64,000 nt of DNA, taken from NCBI GenBank assembly GCA_964637955.1, contig CAZWXQ010000001.1:118993-182992 (forward strand), given 5' to 3'. This DNA is from an uncultured Gammaproteobacteria bacterium (GTDB taxonomy: Bacteria > Patescibacteriota > Microgenomatia > Levybacterales > UBA12049). Position numbers and translations under genes: made by a program. The notes below the pieces were generated by a model. The model saw only the letters and a program-made list of their open reading frames with translations. It did not search any database and was not told the origin of the DNA. The stretch's first letter is position 1. Every line of letters begins with the position of its first letter. This document shows, in pieces, positions 18,333-27,799 of the stretch.

Positions 18333-19675
18333 TCAAGCCACTTGAGATACTCTTTTATTAAAATCAATAATATCTCCTTCTCTTGGAAGCGATATTCTTG
18401 CAATATCCAATTCTTCTTTAGCTCGACTAGCAAAAGCTTCGCGAGCAGTATCCTCTCCGTGTGTCAAAACTAACTCCCTAAAATGAACTGGTCCGTTTAC
18501 GGTATGTTCTAGCCAATGCATTAAATCATCTTGATCAGCATGTGCGCTTAATCCTCCTGCTTGGAATACAGTAGCTTTAACAGGTATATCTTCTCCATAA
18601 AGTCGAACTGATTTTTGCCTTCTAGAAGTCTACGACTCGGAGTTCCTGCAGCTGCAAACCCAGCTAGCATGATTCTAGTTTTTTTATCAGGCAATTCTCT
18701 TGCAGCATGTCCAACAATTCTTCCTCCATTCATCATGCCTGATCCAGCGATAATTACTCGGGGACCATGCTTAGGAAGTCTGGACTTCTTAACATTTTTA
18801 TTATCTGTATCAATAAGTTCTTTGAATTTTAATGGATGCTTTTGCTCTTGAATCCTTGGGCTTAGTAGTCTTGGATTGCTGCGATATACCTCTGTAACTG
18901 CACTTGCCATTGGACTATCTAAAATTACTGGTGGAACCCTAACGCCTCTTTCGGATAAAGTCTTAAAGATATCTATAATCTTTTGAGTTCTGTCAATGCT
19001 AAATGCTGCAATTAATCCAGGCCCTTTTAGGCCATCTATAAACTCAAATATAACTTCTTCCATATCTTCATCTGAATGACTCCTGTCTCCATAAGTACTT
19101 TCCATAGTTATAATATCTGCAGAATCAATCGGCGTTGCTGGTCTTAATATGCTTGAATGCGGATTTCCTATATCCCCACTAAACACATAAGTTTGTCCGT
19201 CACTGTCCTTAACTGCCACACTTGCAGATCCTAAGATATGACCTGCATCTTTTAAAGTAACTTTTGCTCCCCCAATTTCTACTTGAGAATCATAAGGTAA
19301 TACTTGAACTCTACTCAAAACCTCTTTCACGCTGCCAGGTGGATATAAGCGAGGTGAGAGTTTTTTTGCATTATTAAGTGCGATTTTACCAATCTCAAGT
19401 GTTGGACCTGTCATGTATATTGGAACTTCAGGTATTTGAGGATGAGCTAAAAAAGGGAGTCTGCCAATATGATCTGCATGAGCATGAGTAATAAATACAC
19501 CGGCTAATTCTGAAAAATCAGTATTATCCTGACTTTGATTACGTGCATCTTGATTTCCGTGCCCTTGAAAAGCGCCATAATCTACCAGTACTTTTTTTCC
19601 ACTTCTTAAGCTCAGTAAATTTCCCGAACCTGTTACTTCACCCCCTGCTGCACCTAATAATTCTAAACTTGCCAT
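18333..19675 (-). pseudogene. beta-CASP family MBL-fold nuclease (HAHADH, ESTYGDR, C-terminal …SAHADQDDL…LTHGE motifs) interrupted by a frameshift near a T5/A5 homopolymer at 18613-18617
   Basis: The N-terminal 375-aa ORF (18548-19675) ends in out-of-frame residues. The adjacent frame, open from about 18640, encodes the conserved beta-CASP C-terminus and runs on into ORF 18333-18521. Confidence 0.7.
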
Positions 19676-19678
19676 AAA

Positions 19679-22654
19679 TTACCTTATTTCTATATGTCTT
19701 GTAAGGATGTCATTTCTGATTTGATGAATTTTTTTATTTATGGCACTTGTTGGAACTAGTAAAGAATCTGTTGCAGGATCAAAATTAGGACTATCATAAA
19801 ATCCTTCTTCATTTAAGGACTTTTGACTAAAAGATCCACCTTTTGGAGAAATTCTATCAAGCGCGTCAGCATTATAATGCAATATTTTAACTGGCCTGTT
19901 TGGTTCAATCATTACTGCCATTCCACCAGTTACAGCCTGATAACCTAGACCCATTTCAAATGATGATTGTTTTGCTAAAGCAGGTGCAACTGCCATAAGT
20001 TTATGTTGATGAAGTAAAGCTTGAAAATGATGCCAATGTGCAAATAAAGCAATATTTATTTGTTCTGCAGTTAATCCTAAACCTCTTAATAAGTCTATTG
20101 CTTGGTAGACCGGCATGCCAGGAGTTGCCCCCTTGCCACCTTTACCTAAAATTTTATGTTGTCCTGCAACTAGAATTTCACCTACTTTATCTAATGCTAA
20201 ATGTGAATCAAGAAAATCTCCTTCACGTGTTAGAATTCTCTCTGATATAGATACCCTAGGATCATTTCGGTCAACTCCGTACCAATCCCTGAATGACATA
20301 TCTGTTTCTCTTACACCATTTATTCCTGTTTTGTCATAACTACTCCCATCAAACTCGTGATTTCCAACTGCACCAACTATCTTTTCAATAAGTCCTTGAA
20401 TCTGTCTGTGCGAAAGATCAGAAGTGGTACCTTTTAGGACTGCATCAAACATGTCAAATTGATCAGGAACTCTATGTAGACCTAATGCAGGGGCTTCATT
20501 CATGAACTTAGAATAAACTGTTGCCCCGTGAGTTAAATCTCCAAGAGGCATCAATCTTACATGTCCTCTATTTGGTAGGTCTTTAACAACATGTCTAACC
20601 CAGTGAATTCCTCTTCTAAAATCTGTAGTGGGTGAACCAATTTGCCAATCATTTAATGTAGCATAAATCGTTGTTTCTGGAACTGATTCGGATAAAGCTA
20701 ATAATTTTTCGTCAAAAAAACTAACCTCCATTACACCATCCTTAAGAGAAGTCATAATAGCTCCTGGCTCTGAAGGGCGTCCTCTTGTATAAAGTGCTCT
20801 CATTGCTGGGTTTTTACCCGATTGTGCATACATTCCCTGCTGATCTATAACATCTCTACTACTAACCATTCCGGGTAAATCCATAATGGCTCCGTGTCTT
20901 GTTGCAGTTATTATCCCTTCATAATTTCCCGTTCCTACTAATAGATCGGGCACAAGCTCTCCATTAATTACCAATTCTTTAGAAATCATCGTTGGAATTC
21001 TCATGATTTCTTGATGAATAGTTGGGCCATCCATTTTAAATCTATTTCTTACCCACTGAGTAACTTCTGAATCTTTTTTACTTTGCATGCTTATATTTGC
21101 TCCATCAGTAACGGTAAAACTATCCCTTAACCACGGCCCGGGGATATTGTTAACATCTACAATTTGTTGAAATGCTGCAGGAACTATCTCTGCTGGAATG
21201 AAAGCTTCATCTTCTTCATGTGCTTCCCATGCTATACTTAACGCTTGATGTGCTTCCCAAAGCATAAGATACTCTTCCATTCTGATTCCCCCTTTAGTAA
21301 AAGCTTCTACTTCATCAGCAGACTTAAGTCCTCTGCCGTTTCTTAGCATGTATTCAAAAACTACATCATGCTCAAATATTTTATGCATCGGATATTCTCT
21401 ACTTGATTCAATCTTATGAATATCTTCAAAAGTCATATAGCTTCCTTTCTCAGAATCTCTTAATGGATTCGCAGCACTTCTAATTACTTTAACTGCTTCA
21501 ATTGCGCCATCTCTAATATGATTTCTATCGTTAACGCCCATCACGTATATAATTGGAACTCCAATTTCCCTAAGCATTTCGATAAGCTCTTTTGAGGCTC
21601 TAAATTGATCTTCTGAGCTGGAAAGAGAAAGACCTACAGTCGCATCTACGTTTGTATGCTTATGGGTGCCTTCTACAATATTTCCAACTACGATAGCGTC
21701 TGGTCTTTCTTTTTCTGGTAATTCCTTTACTGTTTCAATAACTTGTTTTACGAATCTTGAGTCACTTACTGAGGATCCAGTAATAATCCCATCAAGCCAA
21801 AGTGTTCTATTTTTTTTGCTTGATTTTATCTCTACATCAGGTACTCTGAATCTATCTCTTGATGCATCTTGAGCTGTAATCACATCATCCCAAGATTCAA
21901 TTGGTTTATGAGATGTGCTAAGCGCATCGCTTGAAGCAAATACACCTTTTAGCTCCCAGAAGCCCAACGCATGTCTCTTTTTACCTATAGATGTTAATTT
22001 AATTGTTCCTTTTGCGGTTGTTCTAATATATCCAGTTTCATCAAATGAGCTTATTATTTGAGTAACTAAATCTAATGGTATTTCTCTAAATCTTTCGGAA
22101 ACTGCATCTTTGATTTCATCTGCCGTTTTCGCACCTGAACTCAATTGGTCTTTTATAACAGATCCTACTTTATTGTATATATCCGGAGGAACTATATTTA
22201 TGAGTTCTGCATTTATTCTTGTTTTATCTATAGCTTGATCTTCACCCTCGTGTAAATCATGTTCCTGAGTGCTAGTTCTGATCAAATCAAGCGCAGCATC
22301 AAATGTAGAATTCGAGTCAGATTCTAAAGATTCTTGAGGCATTGAGCCATCAGGTTCAGGGGTTGAAACTGATGGCTCCTCAGTAATTAAAGGTAATTCA
22401 ATTTGTTCTCCTTCGATTATAATCTGTTCAGGATCACCTAAGATTTGACCTTCTAAAACAACTTGAGTAAATGCTGGAAACATTAAATCTGCACCTTCTA
22501 AAGATTCACCAAGCATTAAATATAGGGGATCTGGGTTTAGAGCTAATGGACTTAACATGCTTGAGTCATCGATACCAGTGGTGATTTCAACGGGTGGGGA
22601 AGATGGTATAGTTGCTAAAATTGGATCAATATTGCCTTTATCTCTTTCAGTCAT
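19679..22654 (-). CDS. Large (991 aa) protein with acidic low-complexity N-terminus and two calcineurin-like metallophosphoesterase-like modules (module 2: GDLTHG … GNHEFDG … FAHWHH; module 1 degenerate: DGIITGS … GNIVEG … GVNDRNH)
   Basis: MPP signature motifs read from translation; no family-level match recognised. Confidence 0.5.
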   Translation of the reverse strand: MTERDKGNIDPILATIPSSPPVEITTGIDDSSMLSPLALNPDPLYLMLGESLEGADLMFPAFTQVVLEGQILGDPEQIIIEGEQIELPLITEEPSVSTPEPDGSMPQESLESDSNSTFDAALDLIRTSTQEHDLHEGEDQAIDKTRINAELINIVPPDIYNKVGSVIKDQLSSGAKTADEIKDAVSERFREIPLDLVTQIISSFDETGYIRTTAKGTIKLTSIGKKRHALGFWELKGVFASSDALSTSHKPIESWDDVITAQDASRDRFRVPDVEIKSSKKNRTLWLDGIITGSSVSDSRFVKQVIETVKELPEKERPDAIVVGNIVEGTHKHTNVDATVGLSLSSSEDQFRASKELIEMLREIGVPIIYVMGVNDRNHIRDGAIEAVKVIRSAANPLRDSEKGSYMTFEDIHKIESSREYPMHKIFEHDVVFEYMLRNGRGLKSADEVEAFTKGGIRMEEYLMLWEAHQALSIAWEAHEEDEAFIPAEIVPAAFQQIVDVNNIPGPWLRDSFTVTDGANISMQSKKDSEVTQWVRNRFKMDGPTIHQEIMRIPTMISKELVINGELVPDLLVGTGNYEGIITATRHGAIMDLPGMVSSRDVIDQQGMYAQSGKNPAMRALYTRGRPSEPGAIMTSLKDGVMEVSFFDEKLLALSESVPETTIYATLNDWQIGSPTTDFRRGIHWVRHVVKDLPNRGHVRLMPLGDLTHGATVYSKFMNEAPALGLHRVPDQFDMFDAVLKGTTSDLSHRQIQGLIEKIVGAVGNHEFDGSSYDKTGINGVRETDMSFRDWYGVDRNDPRVSISERILTREGDFLDSHLALDKVGEILVAGQHKILGKGGKGATPGMPVYQAIDLLRGLGLTAEQINIALFAHWHHFQALLHQHKLMAVAPALAKQSSFEMGLGYQAVTGGMAVMIEPNRPVKILHYNADALDRISPKGGSFSQKSLNEEGFYDSPNFDPATDSLLVPTSAINKKIHQIRNDILTRHIEIR

Positions 22655-22866
22655 TATTTATTTGTGTATATATATATTTCATACAATTTACTTACTTTCT
22701 TTTTACCTAATTCTTACAATTAGTATTGTGATAATATGGTTCCAGTAAGTTAACAAGCAAATATACTACGAGACATATTTATCTTAAGAACATATTTAGA
22801 TTGATATATCAAGCTAAATTAAGGTAATAATATAAATATATATGTATATATATAAATTAATATTTT

Positions 22867-23850
22867 ATGGAAATTAGAAATTTACAGAAGACTGGAGGAG
22901 CAAGTTATACAATAATACTTCCTAAGGACTGGGTTAAATCGCTTAATTTAAATGAAAAAGATAAGGTTGAAATTTTTAAGCAAAAGAAAGACCAATTAGC
23001 AATTAGACCTCAAAGAGAAAAGAGAGAACTGTCTTCAACTATCTACGTAGATTCTTATTCTAAAGAAAGAATTTTAAGAGAAATAATTGCATTATATTTA
23101 TCAGGTGTTATGGAAATTAATGTCAGGAGTCAAATGTATTCAAATGAACTAAGATCAACAATTAGAGAAGTTTCATATAAGTTAGCAGGTTTTGAAATAT
23201 TTGATACTACATCAAATAATCTAATACTTAAGAATGTTGCTGAAAATAGAATTTCAGTTGTTGAGTATATCGGTAAGATGATAAGAATTATCAATTCTAT
23301 GTACGCTGATATGGAGAATGTTCTTTTTGAAAATGATAAATTACTGGCAAAAGATATTATAGATAGAGACGTAGAGGTAGATAGAATCGAATTAATTACT
23401 ATACGTGAATTTAACATATTACTTAATTCCCTTTATCCGTCTGAAAATTCTGACATATTCCTTTTAGAAAAACATTATTATGAACACGTGGCAATAAGGC
23501 TTGAAAGAATTGCAGATCATATAGTTAGAATTGCGATGACTACACTTCAACTAAATAAATCTGAAAAAATTGTTTTAACTAAATCTGAAAAAGACAGAAT
23601 CAAGAGAGTGCATAGATACCTAGATCAAGCAAATCTTATAATTCAAAATCTGGATAGATTAAAAGCACACGATTTACTAGATGAATTAGACCATATAAAT
23701 AAGAACGCATTTATAAATAAAGAAATCTCAAAAAAATCATCTATTAATATATTGATTGAGGATAGTATTGAAAGGATAAGGAGCTATATATCAAATATTG
23801 CAGAAGAAACAATAAATTATGATTCAATTAAGAGAAGTATTGCTTATTAG
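22867..23850 (+). CDS. AbrB/MazE-type swapped-hairpin DNA-binding domain fused to PhoU-like domain (putative phosphate-responsive regulator)
   Basis: N-terminus …KTGGASYTIILPKDWVKSLNL… (SpoVT/AbrB-like); remainder shows PhoU-like repeated helical motifs (D.DVEVDRIE…, RLERIADHI…). Confidence 0.55.
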   Translation: MEIRNLQKTGGASYTIILPKDWVKSLNLNEKDKVEIFKQKKDQLAIRPQREKRELSSTIYVDSYSKERILREIIALYLSGVMEINVRSQMYSNELRSTIREVSYKLAGFEIFDTTSNNLILKNVAENRISVVEYIGKMIRIINSMYADMENVLFENDKLLAKDIIDRDVEVDRIELITIREFNILLNSLYPSENSDIFLLEKHYYEHVAIRLERIADHIVRIAMTTLQLNKSEKIVLTKSEKDRIKRVHRYLDQANLIIQNLDRLKAHDLLDELDHINKNAFINKEISKKSSINILIEDSIERIRSYISNIAEETINYDSIKRSIAY

Positions 23851-23986
23851 AAGCATTATTAGTTAACTTAATTAGTCGCATTACTTGAGTTGTGCGACTC
23901 CATTTTCTGGATAATTAAGTTTGACGAGAAAAGCATTAAGCTAATGTTAATTGTAATAGGATTTTAGTTTAGTTATAATCATTTTT

Positions 23987-24523
23987 ATGAAATGCCCCAA
24001 TTGTGATGGAAATCTAACGCCTAGAACTTTTAATAAAGTAAAAATTGAAGAATGCGAAAAATGTCATGGTCTGTGGTTTGACCATGATGAATTAAAACGA
24101 GCTAAGGATTCAGCCGATGCCGATCTAGCATGGCTTGATTTTGATATTTTTGAAGAAAAAGAAAATAAATACACAAAATCTGAATCACATAGGCATTGCC
24201 CCATTGATTCAACTAAGCTTGATAAGCTCACTTATTCTCATTCAAGTGTAAGTATTGATGCGTGTTCAGATTGTCATGGAATTTTCCTAGATAAAGATGA
24301 ATTTGACAAAATTATTAAGTTTCTTGAAGATGAAGTTGTAGAAAATACTTCTGGAGATTGGGCAAAAGAGGCACTTTCTCAATTCGGTGAAATTTTAGAT
24401 GCGGAAGATATGAAAGCATCAGAGTTTAAAGACCTGTTCACTATATTAAAGCTTGGAGAAACCAGACTCTCTGCAGAGCACGAAAAGATTACGGCAATTC
24501 TTACTTTCTTCCCAATAAGATAA
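23987..24523 (+). CDS. Protein with two zf-TFIIB-like zinc-ribbon modules (CPNC…CEKCHGLWFDHDEL; CP…CSDCHGIFLDKDEF)
   Basis: Paired CxxC…CxxCxGxWxD motifs. Confidence 0.55.
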   Translation: MKCPNCDGNLTPRTFNKVKIEECEKCHGLWFDHDELKRAKDSADADLAWLDFDIFEEKENKYTKSESHRHCPIDSTKLDKLTYSHSSVSIDACSDCHGIFLDKDEFDKIIKFLEDEVVENTSGDWAKEALSQFGEILDAEDMKASEFKDLFTILKLGETRLSAEHEKITAILTFFPIR

Positions 24524-24726
24524 ATTGATTTACTGCGTACCAGATGGAACCCGATTTATTCTTAGAAATCTATAAGCGCTTGCGCCGCTTGCTTCGTTTG
24601 GTGGTACTTCGTCGCTAAACTTTACTTGCTCCTCGCACCATTCCTTTCAGTCTTACTGCGTCGCTGCTGTGCCTTAGATGCACACCACTCCTTGACACAT
24701 TAATTTATTTATGTTCATAATAAGTT

Positions 24727-24954
24727 ATGGACAATAACACAGCACAAACACCAGCACCAGAAGCAGCGTCAGCAGCCCCAGCTGCAACACCTGCTCAGCC
24801 AGCGGCTCCTGTTGCTCCAGCCGGTACACCAGCACCTGCGGCAGCAAAGCCTGCAAAATCAATGAAGAAAATGATTATCACTGTTGTTCTAGTTCTTGCA
24901 ATTCTCGCAGTTCTAGGCGGCGTAGGTTATTTCCTCTTCACTACAATGATGTAA
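24727..24954 (+). CDS. Small Ala/Pro-rich protein with C-terminal TM helix; TTGACA-17/18-CATAAT promoter with ATG 5-6 nt downstream (leaderless-like)
   Basis: ORF plus promoter hexamers at ~24687-24716. Confidence 0.45.
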   Translation: MDNNTAQTPAPEAASAAPAATPAQPAAPVAPAGTPAPAAAKPAKSMKKMIITVVLVLAILAVLGGVGYFLFTTMM

Positions 24955-24965
24955 TCCGTTTAGGA

Positions 24966-25538
24966 TTAAAGTCTACCTGAAATTAAGTCTCTAACATTAT
25001 TAAATCTTTCTTCTTTTGTGCCACTTAGTAGCTCATAAGGAATTTTATATTTAGCAAAAAAATCTAGAAAACCTTGATGAACTTTATTTCTAGTAATTTC
25101 AGATTCTCTTCTTCCTAAGTTTGGTTCAAAGGGTACGCCCTCAGGGTCGAGTAACAATATTTGTTGATATGTAGGAAGCCAAAATTCTACATTTGCCAGT
25201 AATTCTTCTGCGCCTTCTATATCTCCAAATGCAAATAAATGAGCAGGTGAATCTAATACAGATCTGTCACAAATTATCACTTCAGGATTTTTCTCATTTG
25301 CAGATTGTTCTCTTGAGAGAATAATTCCCTGTAGTTCTTTCTGAATGGTTGGCGAAAAAATTAAGTGCTCAGGAAGATTTGGACGGGCTTCAAAATAAGG
25401 TCTTCCTGATTCTTCTATGAAAATTATATTTGGATTATCTAAGTAATGTTCTTTTAGTGCATTAAAAGTTGTGGTTTTCCCAGTACTTGCTGCCCCTACG
25501 AGTGCATATTTATTAAGCATTACTTTTTTTGGACTCAT
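24966..25538 (-). CDS. AAA_28/NadR-C-like P-loop ATPase/kinase (GAASTGKTT)
   Basis: Walker A and size/fold pattern similar to the NadR kinase-domain family. Confidence 0.5.
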   Translation of the reverse strand: MSPKKVMLNKYALVGAASTGKTTTFNALKEHYLDNPNIIFIEESGRPYFEARPNLPEHLIFSPTIQKELQGIILSREQSANEKNPEVIICDRSVLDSPAHLFAFGDIEGAEELLANVEFWLPTYQQILLLDPEGVPFEPNLGRRESEITRNKVHQGFLDFFAKYKIPYELLSGTKEERFNNVRDLISGRL

Positions 25539-25540
25539 AA

Positions 25541-27703
25541 TTATCTTCCAAATCTATTAGTTATATCCCTAAGTCTTTTTAATTTGTAAGTTGGTTTTGC
25601 TCCGTAAGGATCAATTTCTTCTTCAGTTATTAAAGCAGTTTTAAGCCCAAGAGCATTTCCTGCAATAATATCGTCTTCCTGTTTATCTCCTACATATAAT
25701 ACCCGATCAGAAGCTGCTATGCCCAGTAGCTCAAGTGCTTTTGCAATTGGTTCAGGATGAGGTTTTCTTCTATCAACGTTATCTCTAGTAATAATTACAT
25801 CAAAATATTTTTCAATATCATATCTTTTCAAACTTCTCATAAGAGAATTTATTCTGCGCGTAGTAACAATTCCCATTTTTTTACCTGATTTTTTGAGTGT
25901 CTCAAGCATTTCTACTGTATCTTCGGAGAGCGTAAAATAATGATCCAGAGTTCCAGAAACTTCTTTATTTACTGCCTCAATTTCTTCTTCGGTAATTGGA
26001 TTTTCAGAGCTTTTTTCAGAGTGCATTCTCGCCATAATTTTAACCATTTCTTTCCAATCACTTCTATTTCCAATTTCTATAATTTCTTCATCGCTGAAAA
26101 ATAGACCCATACGCAAGCTAATCTCTTTCATTCTTGCTGCTAGTTCTTCCTTATCTCCAAACTGGAGAGTGTTATCAAAGTCAAAAAGCACCGCATCAAT
26201 TGCATGCGCATCATCAAGAATTCCTCGTTCAACTTTCTGTCTGAGCTCCCGGTATCTTATAGCAGCTTCCTGGGCATTTTTTGGAGCATCGCCGACATAA
26301 TCTCTTGGTCTTAGGGTAAGTAGAGCCTGTCTTTTTTCGGGATCTTGAATTGTACTCATGACAAGATCTTGATACTGGGTTCTATTGAGACGTTTTCCTT
26401 GTGTTGCATCTTTTATTTGCATGTAACTCCCAGGATTTCCTTCCATCCTAAGCGCTAGTTGAATAGCTTCAGCAAAAATTTCATAATGTCTTTCTAATTC
26501 AGCTTCAGTAATTTCGGTATCAATTCTGACTTGCGCTAAGTCATCTGCAATATAAGCTAGTCCTGCTAGGCTCATTCCAAGCATTTCTCCATAGCCTCTT
26601 TCCCATGCATGATCATGAGAATCTCTTTCCAAATCAGTTTTAATCAGTCCATCAGCTGCGCCATTAATTAAATTTGAACTTTTGTCTAAAGTTCCTCTTC
26701 CTGTTTCGAATCTCCAGGGATTTGGGGCTTTATGTGCCATAACCGAAGAGCCGATCTGACCAGGTCGTGGTGCTAAAAATACATGATCTTGAAGGATATA
26801 AAGTCCTACATTTTCAGCAAGACTTACTGCGATTGTATTCATTGTTTTTATTTGATGAAGGAAATCTACAATATCAATATGATTATTGGTTTGATTTGTT
26901 GTCTCAAGATACGTAAATCCAAACCTTTCGACGAAATCTCTACTAAATGCTCTGTAGTCAAAGTCTGGTGCTAAAACTGAGATTGCATTGTTATTTCCAA
27001 CTGCTCCCGAAAATTTTGCCCCCAATCTAACTTTGCCCATTTCCTCTACTTCCTTCATCATTTTTTCTAAGTGCTCAGAAAATCTTTTTCCATAGGTGGT
27101 TGGAGAAGCAGCTTGATAATGAGTCCTTCCAAGAACGGGAGTATCTTTATGCTCCTCTGCAAGTAAAGCTAATCTATCCATGATTCCTACTGCTTGAGGT
27201 AACCACGCTTCATTTATAGCGTCTCGAAACATGAGGTTAAGTGCAACATTATTTATATCTTCAGAAGTAACTGCAAAATGAATCCATTCCTTCAGATGGC
27301 CATTTCCGCTAGCATCGAATAGCTCTCCTAAGTATAGTTCTACTGATTTAACATCATGTTCAGTTGGATACTTTCTCTGTTCTTCTTCTTGACCATCTTT
27401 TAATCTTCCAATATGGTCATACTCCGTGACAATTTTTGGATCAAATACATCTGGAGAAGTAAGTCCTCGAAGATTTGATTTAGTCATTTCATCTATTTCG
27501 GGTTTTCCTGGGAAATCACTTTCAGATAGCGCAATCAAAGCTTCAACTTCTATAATTGCTCTATATCGGTGGAACGCTCCTTCTGAAAGAATTGGAGCTA
27601 TCTCTCGGGTAAATGGAGCGTCTCTTCCATCAACTGTTGAGACCTGGTCGAGACTTCTGGTATAAATTTCTTCTCTCGCTCTCAGATCTTTCTCTGCTGA
27701 CAT
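25541..27703 (-). CDS. purB: Adenylosuccinate lyase (long E. coli-type PurB; signature GSSVMAHKAPNP) fused to C-terminal HAD-superfamily hydrolase domain (DFDNT … KPHPEP … GDKQEDD)
   Basis: N-terminal ~470 aa align by eye to E. coli PurB including HF(A/C)xTSEDINN and SSxMxxKxNP; C-terminal ~230 aa carry HAD motifs I-IV. Confidence 0.7.
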   Translation of the reverse strand: MSAEKDLRAREEIYTRSLDQVSTVDGRDAPFTREIAPILSEGAFHRYRAIIEVEALIALSESDFPGKPEIDEMTKSNLRGLTSPDVFDPKIVTEYDHIGRLKDGQEEEQRKYPTEHDVKSVELYLGELFDASGNGHLKEWIHFAVTSEDINNVALNLMFRDAINEAWLPQAVGIMDRLALLAEEHKDTPVLGRTHYQAASPTTYGKRFSEHLEKMMKEVEEMGKVRLGAKFSGAVGNNNAISVLAPDFDYRAFSRDFVERFGFTYLETTNQTNNHIDIVDFLHQIKTMNTIAVSLAENVGLYILQDHVFLAPRPGQIGSSVMAHKAPNPWRFETGRGTLDKSSNLINGAADGLIKTDLERDSHDHAWERGYGEMLGMSLAGLAYIADDLAQVRIDTEITEAELERHYEIFAEAIQLALRMEGNPGSYMQIKDATQGKRLNRTQYQDLVMSTIQDPEKRQALLTLRPRDYVGDAPKNAQEAAIRYRELRQKVERGILDDAHAIDAVLFDFDNTLQFGDKEELAARMKEISLRMGLFFSDEEIIEIGNRSDWKEMVKIMARMHSEKSSENPITEEEIEAVNKEVSGTLDHYFTLSEDTVEMLETLKKSGKKMGIVTTRRINSLMRSLKRYDIEKYFDVIITRDNVDRRKPHPEPIAKALELLGIAASDRVLYVGDKQEDDIIAGNALGLKTALITEEEIDPYGAKPTYKLKRLRDITNRFGR

Positions 27704-27760
27704 ATGAGGCGATTATATTGCTGCTCCAGTCCAAAGTCAACGAATCTCACTAGTATCGCC

Positions 27761-27799
27761 TTGAGGTTGACCTCGAATTCTGGTATACTTACATTCATT
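27761..27799 (+). promoter_or_regulatory. nusA promoter: TTGAGG(27761-66)-17-TATACT(27784-89) or TTGACC(27767-72)-17-TACATT(27790-95); ATG at 27800 only 4-10 nt downstream (leaderless-like)
   Basis: Hexamers and spacing read from sequence in the divergent gap purB/nusA. Confidence 0.45.

Noticed and set aside
22655-22866. Repetitive AT-rich tract checked as possible CRISPR array or tandem repeat
   Set aside because: Only simple (TA)n and A/T runs, with no repeat-spacer periodicity; no CRISPR array found anywhere in the window
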